From: Marsupella aquatica
Lineage: Eukaryota > Plantae > Marchantiophyta
NCBI GenBank assembly: GCA_973895155.1
Contig: OZ316892.1
Location: 18,032,357-18,096,356 of the forward strand
Reading direction: 5' to 3'
DNA: 64,000 nt
The position numbers and the translations under genes were made by a program. Shown in pieces: positions 1 through 12,600 of this stretch (positions are counted from its first letter, which is position 1; every line of letters starts with the position of its first letter). The notes below the pieces were generated by a model, which saw nothing but the letters and a program-made list of their open reading frames with translations, ran no database searches and was not told the origin of the DNA.

Positions 1-1
1 C

Positions 2-505
2 GGATATCTCTCCGACACTGATACCGCAAAATCCCAAACTGGATATGTTTTTACCATAGGGGGTACCGCTTTTTCTTGGAAAAGCGTGAAATAGACCCTA
101 ACAGCAACCTCATCGAATCACTCAGAAATCTTAGCTCTACATGAGGTTAGTCGTGAAGCCGTTTGGTTACGATCCTTTATAAACCATATCAACACCAAAT
201 GCGGCCTACCACCACTAACGAAGCCTACTAACATTTTTGAGGATAACGTAGCATGTATACAGCAGATCACAAAAGGATTCATCAAAGGCGATCGCGTGAA
301 GCATATAGCTCCGAAGTTTTTCTACACCCACGAACTACATGGAAAAGAGATCAACATTTTGCAGATTTCAAGTGCAGACAACTGTGCGGATCTCTTCACC
401 AAATCCCTATCGCCATCAGTTCATCACCGATACTGCCAGACGATTGGACTACGGAGCATGCGACGCATGATGACCATGGAGGCTACTACTCCACATGATA
501 CCTGA
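2..505 (+). mobile_element. Ty1/Copia RNase H C-terminus (Bianca-like lineage), decayed
   Basis: Frame 2 reads SQTGYVFTIGGTAFSWKSVK*...SEILALHE...FEDNVACI...KHIAPKFFYTHEL...NCADLFTKSL, the Copia RNase H motifs, with one in-frame stop. The KHIxPKFFYTHE signature is Bianca-like. The element runs off the window start. Confidence 0.9.
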
Positions 506-832
506 TGATGCTGACGACATGATGCTTATGATATGCTGCTGACGACCGACTGATGAAACAGATGTTAAAGCTAGATTTACTATAGCATCTAACTTTATAC
601 ACTATATGTACACTATTGACATTCATTACGACGAGGACTTTTAGGCTGCACTCTTTTTCCTTTAGCACTCATATTTTTCTCTGCTACACTGGTAGAGTTT
701 TTACTAAGCTAGAGTTGATAAAGGTTTTTTAACGAGGCAGTCTACCTCGCTTGTACTTATATCATGTATTTTCTATGAACATGATATAATAGGTATAGTC
801 TATGTTGTCTACATAGTTGTCACTATATATCC

Positions 833-1140
833 AAAGGGGAGTGTTAGACTCTACCTGGTGACCGGACGACTGGATCAGCCAGTCACCGGACCGGCACCAC
901 TATATGTACCAACCACCACAAACTATACATGATTCATTCCATTCATACTCTCACAATATAGTCTATGTTGTCTATATATATCCAAAGGGGAGTGTTAGAC
1001 TCTACCTCCTATTGACCGGACCAACCAATCATCCGACACTACTACATGTACACATCTTTCCAGACTATACGACCATTATTGACATTTACATTATCATAGC
1101 TTGCACTATCCGTGATAATACAATCAAAGGAGAGTGTTAT
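833..1140 (+). repeat. Three polypurine tracts each followed by TGTTA; short LTR-like unit at 842-955
   Basis: AAAGGGGAG|TGTTAGACTCTACC starts an LTR-like unit at 842 and at 993, and AAAGGAGAG|TGTTAT at 1135. The 842-955 unit (TG...CA) resembles the minus-strand LTR at 42284-42388. Confidence 0.65.
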
Positions 1141-1849
1141 GAGATATTAATATACCAAGGTTACTATACCCATAGTTAACTTAACACAAGTTAAATAAAT
1201 TCACACAAACATATATATATAAATAAATAAAGGAGAAAGAAAGAAAAGTTGTTATTCATTCATACAATGGTTATAATTTAACAAAGGTTCATTAATTTTC
1301 ATGTTCTACTCTAAAGAAAAGAATAAAATAAAATAATCATGAAACGCGGGACAAGTTGAGTAGTACTCTGGCCCTCTTCCGTACGGTCCCACTCATACTC
1401 AGTTACTCACACTAGTACACTACCCGGTAGCGACTGGAGGCAAAGGAAGCCTTTATGAGAATGAGGCCGCACCTGTAATATAATAATGATAAATAACTAA
1501 TAAATAGGGTCGTAGGCAACTTTTCGCTCCAATTCATTAAAGCGGCGCCATGGGACTGTACTATCACATCCATCGAAGCCCGAACATAAACGAAACGCAA
1601 TTATTCGATTTCGTGCCACGGCAGCATGCACGCAAACTCCCAAGTCCGGTCGCAGGCTATCTCTTACCGCTGAGAAATGACTCGGACCAATGTGGAACGG
1701 ACGCGCGACTCGCGCGGAATAAATCTGACTGGCGAGGTATGCCTCAGACCAATGTGGAACGGACGCGCGACTCGAGTGTAGTAATATACGGTATTCCTTA
1801 CGCGGTGCGAAATGAAAATGAGTAATGAAGACGCAGAGAACGATCGTAT

Positions 1850-1925
1850 AGTAGTACTGTAGTGTAGAATGTTGTAGAGTATTGTAGAGTATAGTAGAGT
1901 ATAGTATAGTATAGTAGAGTACTGC
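1850..1925. repeat. Degenerate (GTAGA/GTATA)n pentanucleotide microsatellite
   Basis: Directly visible run gtagagtattgtagagtatagtagagtatagtatagtatagtagagt. Confidence 0.85.
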
Positions 1926-3765
1926 TACAGTTGTTGACATGCAATTCGTTTTGCTTGATTGTTAGAGTTCTCGTTCTTTCTCGTTGTTGCTCGTCTTCGG
2001 TCTTTGACGCTTTCTTCTGATCTGCTCCGGCGGAGGAGGTGGCGGAGGCCGAGGAGCCTGCCAGTACAGTAGTGTAGTACTGCTACGGCAGGAGTATCGC
2101 TCCGAGTTGACAACAGCGCCGGAAGATAGAGAGAGAAAGATTCATCGGAGACACTCGGAAAGTTGCGAGGGAGTGGAGACGAGAAGGGGTGAAGGTGCGA
2201 GCGGCGTCGACGTGCCAGGGGATTTTTTTTTTTTATCGTGAGACGCACGCACGCACGGAGGTAGGCGGGTTTACGAAGGTGCGTTTCTTCGGCCGAGGGC
2301 GAATCGTCCATCGTCGAGTGTGAGAGAATTCGTGTGACATTGTGTAGCAGTCACTGTAGTTTCGGGTTCTGTTTCGAGTGTTCGTAATTTGCCGCGCGTG
2401 GTGTCTGTTCGAAAGAAGGACGAGGACGGCGCTGCTTTCACGTCTGGGTGTGTTTTCTTCGTCTTCTCGTCGGCTAAAGAAAAACGCTAGGTGAGCAGCT
2501 TGTTATGCCTGTCTACTGCCCTTTCTGCCGGTGTTCGAGGGACGAATGTTTGTCCTCTCTCTGGGACTCGCTTGCACCTGCAGTTAGCGCACGCATTGAT
2601 TTCGTGAGGTCCTGCTCTGTTTCGACACATGGTAACAAGCTGGCAACATAAGGGGGACGGCGTTTAGGCTAGACGATCTTTGCATGCGGACTTTTGATAC
2701 TTTGGTTCGGTTAACAGTGTTTTTTGGCGCAATATGGTAACCCTAGTCAGCTCACATCGTCAGATGTGTGTTGCTTTTTGTTACGAAAAAAGTCACAGGT
2801 AATCGAAGTGCACAGAATCACATGTACTCATTAAAGCTTGTGGTATGCGGCTCTCATATGCCTAGCCGACCTTCCAAATCACGTCTTCTTAGTAGCAGGC
2901 TGTCACTTCAAGAGACAAGGCACTCTTTACATCTTCATGCATCGCGCGATCGGCTGAAGTGAGGAACTATTCTATGAAGAAATCTAGTTCACACCTTTAA
3001 AAGCCTGTACGTGAGTTATGTTGCTTGGCCCTGATCTTTGACCTTCGTGAACGGGTCATTTCACTCGAACGACTTTCTACGTCTGATGGACTTTCACTTT
3101 GCCGGAACAACTCATCCTATAAAGCGGAGGCTCCTCGATATGCCCAGGCAGGGGCCCGCCGGATCACTCAGATGGCACAATTCTAATTGTGGTGCTCTTG
3201 AATCATCACCATGAGAAGTGAAATTGCGAACTCCTGGATACTATTGGCCACGTAGGGTCCATCAAAGATTCCTTTGAACCCGCAGAAGATTAGAAAGTTT
3301 TATCCTTACTTTGTTCTTTGAAGTAGCAGTTGTTTCTCTCTCTCTTGCAAGTAGGTGTGCAATGCTGCATATCAGCTGTGGCTAGGTAGCTGCTGCAGTC
3401 AAGGGGGAGAAGGCCGTCATGTATTGCAGCCACGTCGGGCGGGAAAATCGTCGTCTAGTGCCAGCTGTTTCTGCCTGGCACAGGTTGGTTTGGTCGTTAG
3501 GCTTGGCCTGAGTTTTGATTGTTCAGCTGTTTCTGCCTGGCACAGGTTGGTTTGGTCGTTAGGCTTGGCCTGAGTTTTGATTGTTCGCTGAGCTTGGCTT
3601 CTGGCATTGCTCCGGTGTTGTGTCTGATGTTAGTTCAGACATAACACCGGAGGAGCTTGGGCACAGAGGTAATGCTGATGAGCATTGGTGTTTCGTCTCT
3701 TAGCTGACGGTTCGTGTTAATGAAATGTAATGTTTGCAGGGTATTGACTTTTCCCCCTTCTGAAG

Positions 3766-5420
3766 ATGAATCGGAAACCCGGCGATTGGAACTGTCCATC
3801 GTGTCAACATTTGAACTTCAGTAGGCGCGATACTTGTCAGCGATGCAGTGATGCTAGGCCTGGAGGAGGAGTAGGGGGAGGCGGGGCCCGCGTTGGGGAG
3901 GATTATGGGTACGGTGGTAGGAGCGGAGGTGGGTCCTATGGTTTTGGATCAGGTGGGTATTCGAGCGGAGGAGGCGGAGGTGGGGGCGATTTCGGAAGAA
4001 GCTATGGAGGCAATTTTGGCTTCGGGGGAAGCTCGGACACGGGTGTGAGGCCAGGGGATTGGTATTGCTCAGCTGGGGGATGCGGAGCTCACAATTTTGC
4101 AAGTAGGAGCAATTGCTTTAGGTGTGGAGCGTACAAGGAAGAAGGCGCAGTAGGGGGTGGTGCTGGTGGTGGGGGTGCTGGTGGATTACCGCCTCAGGGA
4201 GGATACGAGGGGGTCAGTAGAGGATCTAGGGGCAGTTTTGGATTCTGCGCTGGAGGCGCAGGTGGAGGCGGAGGTGGAGGTGGTCGACAGGGCTGGAAAT
4301 CGGGTGATTGGATCTGCGGAAGGTAGCCTGGTTGATCCTTTTGCGGCCATTCATGCTTCCTTCTCGATTGGGGACTATGATTCTTCGTTAAAATTTTGTG
4401 CCTTCTGTGACTCTGGAGCAAGAGGATTTTGTGTGAGATGATTTCCAGTAAGACTGCTGTACGAATCATGTCGAAGTGTTTCTTAATATTGTTCTGGACA
4501 AGCCAAGTCGGTGCCGTCTACGAGTAACGTCGGTCTACGGCGTCACGGCAGCTTTCCGTTCGGTTCCATGAGTCCTTGCCAAGTGGATTGAACAATTGTT
4601 CGTCAGACAGGGGCCCGCCGGACTTTTTTGCTGACAATATGAAACCAGAAGTACTTTCTGACGATGGCCGCCCGGTACTTTGCACGCGAGGGGAAAAACT
4701 CGCACAACTGAAGAATGGAACTGTCCGCTATGTGATTCTTGAGACTCTGCAGGTTCACGCGTGTATAGTCATCGTAGAACATCTGGGTTTGCTGAGGGTG
4801 TGTCTGATCTTTACTTATATTTGCTACCCAATTTCCCTGCCTGAAGAGGAGTTGTCATTAGTTTCCATGTCGTTATGCAGGTCAGGGTGTAACGAACACA
4901 ATTTTGCCAGCCGAATGGAGTGCTATCGTTGCAGTGCTCCTCGGGAGTCGGGTTCGCTTTCAACCTTTTCTTTCCAGTTTGATTAAACGATATGCAAAAC
5001 CTTCACTGTGACTCTTGTCAGGTGTTCATGCTTTGGAACCTTGCAGCTAGTTTGTTTCCAACCTCTAGGAAAGGCTTGTACCAAAAGAAAGTCGTGGGCA
5101 GAAGTGGCCACAAAGTTAATTCCATTTGCTACCCACCTGGCAATATCGCTTGTCGATATTACAGGCTGTTTTGCTTGATTTGGCGTTGTAGGCAATTATA
5201 AACTACGTAGGCCATTTTCAGACAGGTTGTTAATGTCAGGAAGATATTGTTTGTGCGTGGAGTTCGTTGTTCACTTGAAGCACTTGTTATGCGATCTTTT
5301 AGTGGTTCATTTGTTAATAGTGTCCGGCCGACATAACAATTCCTGCCAACGTACAGAATGGGTGTCTGATATCAGATTGGCTTATGCCAAAATTTGTGAT
5401 GTTCAGGTACAGCTATGTGA
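3766..5420 (+). CDS. Glycine-rich RNA-binding protein with three RanBP2-type zinc fingers; CDS exons 3766-4322, 4881-4951, 5407-5420 (213 aa)
   Basis: Three RanBP2-type fingers (GDWNCPSCQHLNFSRRDTCQRC; GDWYCSAGGCGAHNFASRSNCFRC; GDWICGRSGCNEHNFASRMECYRC) separated by Gly-rich linkers. GT-AG introns are in compatible phase and the protein ends ...RESGTAM*. Probable 5' UTR intron at 2491-3739. Confidence 0.92.
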
Positions 5421-7043
5421 TCTTCCTTCTGGAGGAGGAACGGATGTGGACTGAAGAAAGGGAAGTCCTTAGTGGTGGTGGTAAACTGGACTGCTTGATC
5501 AGTGTGTACACTTCAGAATGTGTTGATGGTTTTAGAGTATAGGTGTTTGAAGACGTTTTTGGTGATTATCTCAGGCGGCAGCTCTACGTTGTTGAATCGT
5601 ATAGAGGCAGTGTAGTTTATGTAGAATAGATAGTCGGTCACTGACAATTGGTGGCAGGCATCTCGCCTGGTTAGTTTTGAGTTAATTTTGTACAATTTTC
5701 AACTCACTGATATCCTGTAATCTTCAGTAGCGAAGAGCCTTAGCTGCGTGCATGCTTCCAGGGCTTTGTACAACTTTTGCGGTGAGTTATGATATAATGT
5801 CCATTTTATCGACGATCGTGACTCCAATTTCACAACACCGAACTGGTCCAGGATTGGGAGGTCACGGCTGTGGGCGGATCACCGTTTATACTGGGGTCGT
5901 TTAGGGAACCGCTAGGGGTCGTGGTTAAAAGGCTATTGTGGGTAGACCTTGACAAGTAAAAAGTTTCATGTACTTCATTTTGAAGTAGTTTTGAATGAAA
6001 TGCATATTGAAATGTATTTGCAGAACCAAGTTGTATTTCAGGTCTTTTCACTCTTATTAGTGGCACCATTTGTGTTGTGTCTATCTTAGTCGAACGGACT
6101 GGACGAATCTGTTCCTACAGAGTGGATTGGTTTAACTAATCTGAATTCACTGATCCTGTCCCACCCCACCCTTTCCCCAGAATGAATCTTGGGAACGAGG
6201 ATCATCGTTGCTAATTTGGTGGGTTTTCAAGCTGAGCCATCCTCTGATGCGTGTGGTCAGATGTATATCATAGACAGTCGAGAATTTGAATGGGCTTCAC
6301 CTTCCACGCCGTCCAAAGTATGAGTCTAAGGCTCTCCATTCTCACCTGATGGATTGGTTGGTGAGCTCTAGCTCGTATGGGCCTCAAAGGATTAGTTATT
6401 GAGAGCTTGTAAGCTAGCTTTTCATCCTTTGCATCCTCACCTCCGAGCTATGAATAGGAAGTTTGCAAGCCACCATTCGTCTTTCATTCTCTCTAAGACA
6501 GGAGAGCAAACAGGCTTAAGATGCTGAGAACACTATGCAATTGAAATGTTAGCAGTAGGTTCCTGGTCAAAAACTGGTGCGCATTTGGTGAAAAAGGTTC
6601 TTGAGCAAGTCATTGTTGAGTTCTCCAACAAGTGCACTTCCCATGACATTCAAAAGTGTTGTGGACTATAAAGGATCCATATGATATGCCCGAATGTGTG
6701 CACTCTCTCCCAAGTTCTACGAGCTCTTTCCATCAGCTTCCTCCCCATGCGAAGGGGTTTTCATTGTCATCGACAAGGATAAGGGGAAGGGCTTTTTCCG
6801 TCATCCAAAAGAACAGATGGGTAGAGTTGGAAAACTGCTAGGCACCTCCATCCAGGCTGGATGATAGAACTCGGACATTTGTAAGTCCTGAGGCCTACCA
6901 TTGTGGTTCATCTGAGCACCAACTTCATGAGTAACTTCTGTTCAAAATGAAGGAAACAAAACACTTTCTTATAAACTTAACTAACCTGCCTGACCAAGCT
7001 CGATGCAATTAATCACACCGAGATCCTGCATTTGCCTGAAGGA

Positions 7044-7292
7044 GTCATTTTGTCTTTATTTTGAAGTTGCACCAAGAAGAGACTTGTTGGGATCTCAGGC
7101 AAACATGGAGGAACACCAGACAAAATGACACAGTTTACTTCCCAACATACTGGATGATCTAGTCATTTTGTCTATATGTTAAAGTTGCACCAAGAAGAGA
7201 CTGGTCGGGATCTCAGTCAAACAATGAGGAATACCAGACAAAATGACTTATAGTTTACTTCTGAGTTTACTTCCCAACATACTGGATGATCT
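7044..7292. repeat. Tandem pair of ~118-bp units, each containing 12-bp inverted repeats
   Basis: GTCATTTTGTCT...AGACAAAATGAC at 7044-7129 and 7162-7247; both are followed by agtttacttcccaacatactggatgatcta. Confidence 0.8.
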
Positions 7293-7967
7293 AACCGAGG
7301 AGCACATTTGACCTTGACTTGAAAGTATGAGGGAATGTGTGAAGAGTGGAAATGCCCTTATGTTCATACAGTCTCCACGTTCATGCATTATCATTAGTGT
7401 GCAGCTATCACTAAGTACTTAAGGAGAAGCATGAGCAGCCTTCAAAGTGCTCAAGGGATCTGTATGAGGGGTTCTTTGATGGGGATGGGATTGGAAAGCT
7501 TTAAGCCTGTTGAGAGAGGTTTAAGATACAAGAGCTGGATATGGACAAAGAGGATTTCAAGGACTTTAAAGTTGAGATATCTTAGAGACTTTCAATAACT
7601 CAAATGGAAAAAACAATCACAGTATCTAAGTAATATCAACTTGAGAAAAAATGGCTTTGAACAAGAAACTGCAACAGGCATGTCAACCATCTAGCTAGAG
7701 GAGGCCTTATTTACATCTTATGAGCAACAGATGTTACTCATGTCTCCCATCTCATTTGAGTTGTTGGGAAAGATGTTACTACTTATTTGCATGTCAACAC
7801 GGTATTTAGGATGTCTGTTTTCCATTGCTGAAAGTTTTAGTATTCTTGACTTCCACTACTGGCTTATACCTAGACTACCACACAGCTATAACATAGTCAC
7901 TCCCTCTTGATAAAACGAGAAGTTGTATCTGTCACCTACAACCCTCCATTAAGTTAAGGTTGATCCA

Positions 7968-8102
7968 TTTTTTTATAAATAAATTTTAAATGACAAATTT
8001 TTGAAACCCCATAGAATGGGAACAGTCAGTCACAAAATTTGAACCCTAGACCTATGAGTCTTAACTCAAGTGAGCTACCCACACACCCATGCCTATTGGG
8101 CC
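7968..8102 (-). mobile_element. Possible tRNA-derived SINE remnant
   Basis: The minus strand has A-box-like TAGCTCACTTGAG and B-box-like GGTTCAAAT at roughly tRNA-like spacing, followed by an A-rich tail. No TSD was found. Confidence 0.3.
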
Positions 8103-8134
8103 GGTTAGCAGAATCTTTAATATGTAACTATCTC

Positions 8135-8223
8135 ACCTTCATGTATGATATCAATCCACATGTATCCCATCTTCATGTATGATATTAATCTTCATGTATC
8201 CCACCTTCATGAATGATATCAAT
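8135..8223. repeat. ~33-bp tandem repeat, about 2.7 copies
   Basis: cttcatgtatgatat(c/t)aatc..catgtatccca repeated. Confidence 0.8.
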
Positions 8224-9162
8224 ACTTCTTCCATAGACCCTAAGAACCCATGATAAAAGCCCTTTCCATCTTCTATTTCAAGGGAGAGATATTCTACATA
8301 ATTTGAGTTATCTTATTCTTGCTCTACCATGGTACGACCCCAAAATCCTTAAATTCTAGAGTTATGCTTGGTAATGGTCTCTCCCTCAAGCTATCCTTGT
8401 TCTTCTTGTGATTTGGAAACACAGTCAAAATCTGTATTGCTTGTTCACTTGGCATATCACAAACCATCATCAATTATCTTTGTCTCCATCTGTAGTCTTG
8501 ATGTGTGGCATTCCAAGTATAATTGGATAATTAGCCAAGTCTTGTCCGACAAAATAATTGTCTCTCCTTGATATCTCCTCTACTACGATATTCACATTAA
8601 GGCAAGCTCCACATAAGTTTCCTTTGGAGTTGTTTGACACCCTTATCAACCACCCATGCTCCTTGTCAACATGTCAATCTCCTGTGTTATGCAACTCCTT
8701 GAACATGAGGTTAATTATTGACCTTCAATCAACACAACAACAGTTCTTTCAAGTTTTCAATGTGCACCAAGGTTTCCGTAGTGGTTCTAGCCCGATGGTT
8801 GCACAAATAGTGTTTTTTCAAAGTACTTTCTTCTCTTCATCAGCAAATTGCGCCTTTGATGACTGGTAGCATTGAGCAATATTCTCCTCTTCTTCTCGTC
8901 TAATCTTTGTACACTTATTATTTCTGGTTGGCCAAACTTTTACATTTTTTCTTGATGATATCAATGACGACTACATAAAACTCCCATTTTACAATACCCC
9001 ATACTTCCCCCAAATGAATGTGAACACCACTTTGCCATAATTGAGAATCTTTCCTCCAAACTATTCTTCAGGTCTTTAGCTAGCTGAATGTTGCATTGTT
9101 CTTCCCCTTCATGGAAGATTCACCCAACCTTATTCCTGCGAGTAATATATCTGCAGTAATAT

Positions 9163-9623
9163 ACTTAACTTGGTGTCGCATCCTTCGTAGCAAAACCCTA
9201 ATCCGGTATTACTCCATATGGCCAAATCGTCGCACTTTCTACTGTTAATCCCCTAGCCATCTTACTAAAGTCATTCCCACCTACTACTGATCCCTTTAAA
9301 TACTTGATCTGTTGTCTTCTACTTGAGTAATATATCTGCAGTAATATGCACCGCTATTTCCTCGCTTGCTGGTCCTTTTTATGGTTCTTCATTGGCGTTG
9401 ATTCTCCTTTGCTTGTTGTAAACAGAGAAAATAATTAAATAGAATTAGTAGAGAAATGTCAAGTAGAAGACAACAGGTCAAGTATTTAAAGGGATCAGTA
9501 GTAGGTGGGAATGACTTTAGTAAGATGGCTGGGGGATTAACAGTAGACAGCGCGACTATTTTGGCCTTATGGAGTAATACCGGATTAGGGTTTTGCTACA
9601 AAGGATGCGACACCAAGTTAAGT
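9163..9623. repeat. Inverted repeat with ~165-bp arms (9163-9326 and 9459-9623)
   Basis: The arms are reverse complements with a few mismatches. The left arm is flanked by the direct repeat GAGTAATATATCTGCAGTAATAT at 9140-9162 and 9325-9347. Confidence 0.9.
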
Positions 9624-12600
9624 GATGGCAGAGATTGCGCTTTGGGCGTAAAAGCGAGGCAACGAAGGCAGATGGAAGAAGGACGATTGAATGTTTTCAG
9701 TAGAGATCGACTTACTCATATTTGCAAGCCTGTAGGAGAAGGGAAACCCATGTTTAGGTTTATGATCCGCATTAGGGAAGGAGACTGCACCGTGTCTGGA
9801 ACGAAGCGGGGCAGCAGCTCTTTTGCATGGATGGCAAATATTTCCAATGACAGTTGACGACCCAGAAGGCTGTTGAAAAATTTTGCAGGGGAATCATGTC
9901 ATCAAAATGGAACCTGATGTTGGGATGAGAACTCGATCAACAACAACGTAACTACTGGAGGCTAATCGCCGCTGAACGAATAATCATTTTCCGGAACCTT
10001 GCGGAACCAGAAGATACATCAAATGTCCGTAACTTGACCTCAGTAATGAGAGACTTAACCATTAGCAATTTGGAAACAACGGTTTCGACCACAAATTGCT
10101 TACAGAGATGTTCAGTGTGGTAATTCCAGTCAACAGCGGATAACGATCGGGAACAACGGATAGCGGTTTAGTAACCGCAAATAGTAATTTAATAACCGTT
10201 ATGCGGTTGTGTTCGATCAGTAAGTTAGATAACCATTTTTGATTGAGTAGTCGGACAGTTGGAAACCAATAGACCTTGAAGGAAGATAGTATTTAAAGTT
10301 GGCAATGGCGTATGGCAGGGGGTCACTTTTGCAATAGGAAATCTGATTGAGAGGCGAAGCCAGACTTCCCTTAAGATGATCAGTAGTTTTGTTTAAGTGT
10401 TCCCTACTCAGATGTGAGTAGAATTTTGATGTTGAGAAGTAAAGAAATCATTATGCATGGCACAACCTAGAGATTTGTTCTTGAATGAGCACATTTGTTG
10501 AGGAAGCTTATAGGAAGAGATTGTGATTGAATGCGAGAGTAATAATTGAGAGTGAATGGATTCAGAGACTGAGAAGTATGTTAAGACAGTCATATTTCGA
10601 CCGCAGGAATGAATGAGGATCAACTCGCTCAGAGTGAGGACGTTGAGGTGTAATACATTATGGAATCGAGTTAATAGACAACTTGTAAGCAGTAGAGTCT
10701 GGCTGGAGTTTGTGTGTGAGGACAACCATCTAATTGTTATACACCTCCAGCATAACGGAGTAGTCGTTGAATTGATATTCTACTTACGAATAGCTTTTCT
10801 TGATCTACTTCATTACACACGCAATTGATCCACTCCCTGGTGGGTGAATCGATGAGACGATTGGATCTAACCAGATCATAATCCCGAAAGCATGAGTCCT
10901 AACGACAAAGTTACGAAGAACTACCCACTAATTAGACTCAGACCAATTGAACTGTGGATCTGTTCAATTGGTTCGCACCTAATTACTCGTCGACTGAGAG
11001 AGGAAAGTATTCCTATTTGCATTTTTACTTATCATGAATGGTGCGGGTTTATAGAAATTGTATACAGGGAAGGATTAGTGTTAATTGAGTCGATCGTACC
11101 CAAGAAGTGGAAAGAAGAAGTAGACATTGAAGAACATTCAGAGGAAATTACAGGTTCAGAGTATGAAAATGATTTACTAGATTATCCTGTTGTTGGACGA
11201 TTAATCGGTTAATGCAAAAGCGAACGGGTAGATAAGGGTTATGTTGCGTAATCGTAGGGAAGAATTAGTGTTTAACACTTGTCTTCTACCAATACCTTCT
11301 GTTGACTTTGGGCAATACATGCATGCAGTGACAAAGAGCCAGTTGGACGGTCACTCCAACTTGATCTGCCAAATGGTTTGGCCAGTCTGAGATAGAGGTT
11401 AGGGAACATTTTCCTCTTAATACCCATAGATCTATTAGCAATAGACCATAAGTTGTACTTGCTTCTTCAATTTTGGCACATTGTTGTACATCATTTGCGT
11501 TTTCCTTTTGCATCATAGCTTGTTCCTTGAACTAATGCAGTTGCATTTGCTATCGCCATCTCATGCGGAACTTTCTTCTTCCCTACTTTTAAACCAAAGT
11601 TGGTCTTAATCAATAGATCAGCTTCCTTTGAGCATATTTTCCTTTCTTTGAAGAATACCATAGTATTTTTCAGTGCATCTTTAAACTCCTCACAAGTGCC
11701 CCAAAATGGTCTATGGTATCACACCACATGCATTGTGGGACAAATCCTTCAAGATGCTGAGGTTTGGCCTTCAATGGCTGGCCTTTTTTCTCCAATGTTG
11801 TCAATTTGATGCGTAACTCCCTCATTTCCGTCCTCAATTCCTTTATGCTTAACTTTGTCAGACTGTTTGGGTGGTAGTATACCTAGTGTTTCATATTATC
11901 TTAAGTTTGAGTCTTTCATATATGTGTTATATATGAGTGTTTAAGGGTTAGTGTATGTTTTGACGATAGTTATCCATTTGTGGTGGCTTGAGGCCGGGCT
12001 TGAGGCCTCATCTTTCCATGTTTAGCCTTTGAGCATGAACTTTGGCACACGACAACTTTTTCACTTGACCTTGTTAAACTATGACGTTCTTATCGACGAT
12101 AAGATCAAGAATCATACCCCATGCATTCAAAGTTGACACAATCAATATATGTGGTTCACCTCTTCGCCAAGGCTACATCCACACGAACACAAAAGATTTA
12201 CTTAAGAGTAGACACATCAATAGTACGGAGTCTCAACAAATCAAGAGCTATCTCTCTCTTTCAAGTGACTTTGTTACAATGAGCAAACATCATTTACCAG
12301 TGGCTTACACTAGCCCTGGTATATGCAAGGTCACACACAACTAACCTAATCTCAGTTAAGTCCCTAATTGTGGTTAGCTTAGTTGTTGTAATCTATGAAT
12401 CCTTGCTCTTATGATTGTGTTGCATGTCCAACAATGACATGAACATCTTCTTGCAGTGAGGCATCTACATCTTGGAGAAATAAATTAGTTTTCTCCGCCT
12501 TCAAATTTTATTATTTGGTCCTTAAAAAATTGAAAATTTGTTTATCATTGAACTCTTGAAGTAGTTTGTTTGTAGGAAATCCTTTCTTTGGGAAAAGTGA

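Noticed and set aside
6480-7750. Coding-like fragments downstream of the zinc-finger gene
   Set aside because: Multiple stops in all frames and no identifiable family.
9620-9860. Faint resemblance of a minus-strand frame to a negative-strand RNA virus L-protein capping region
   Set aside because: The required HR and GxxT motifs are not convincingly present; the similarity is at noise level.
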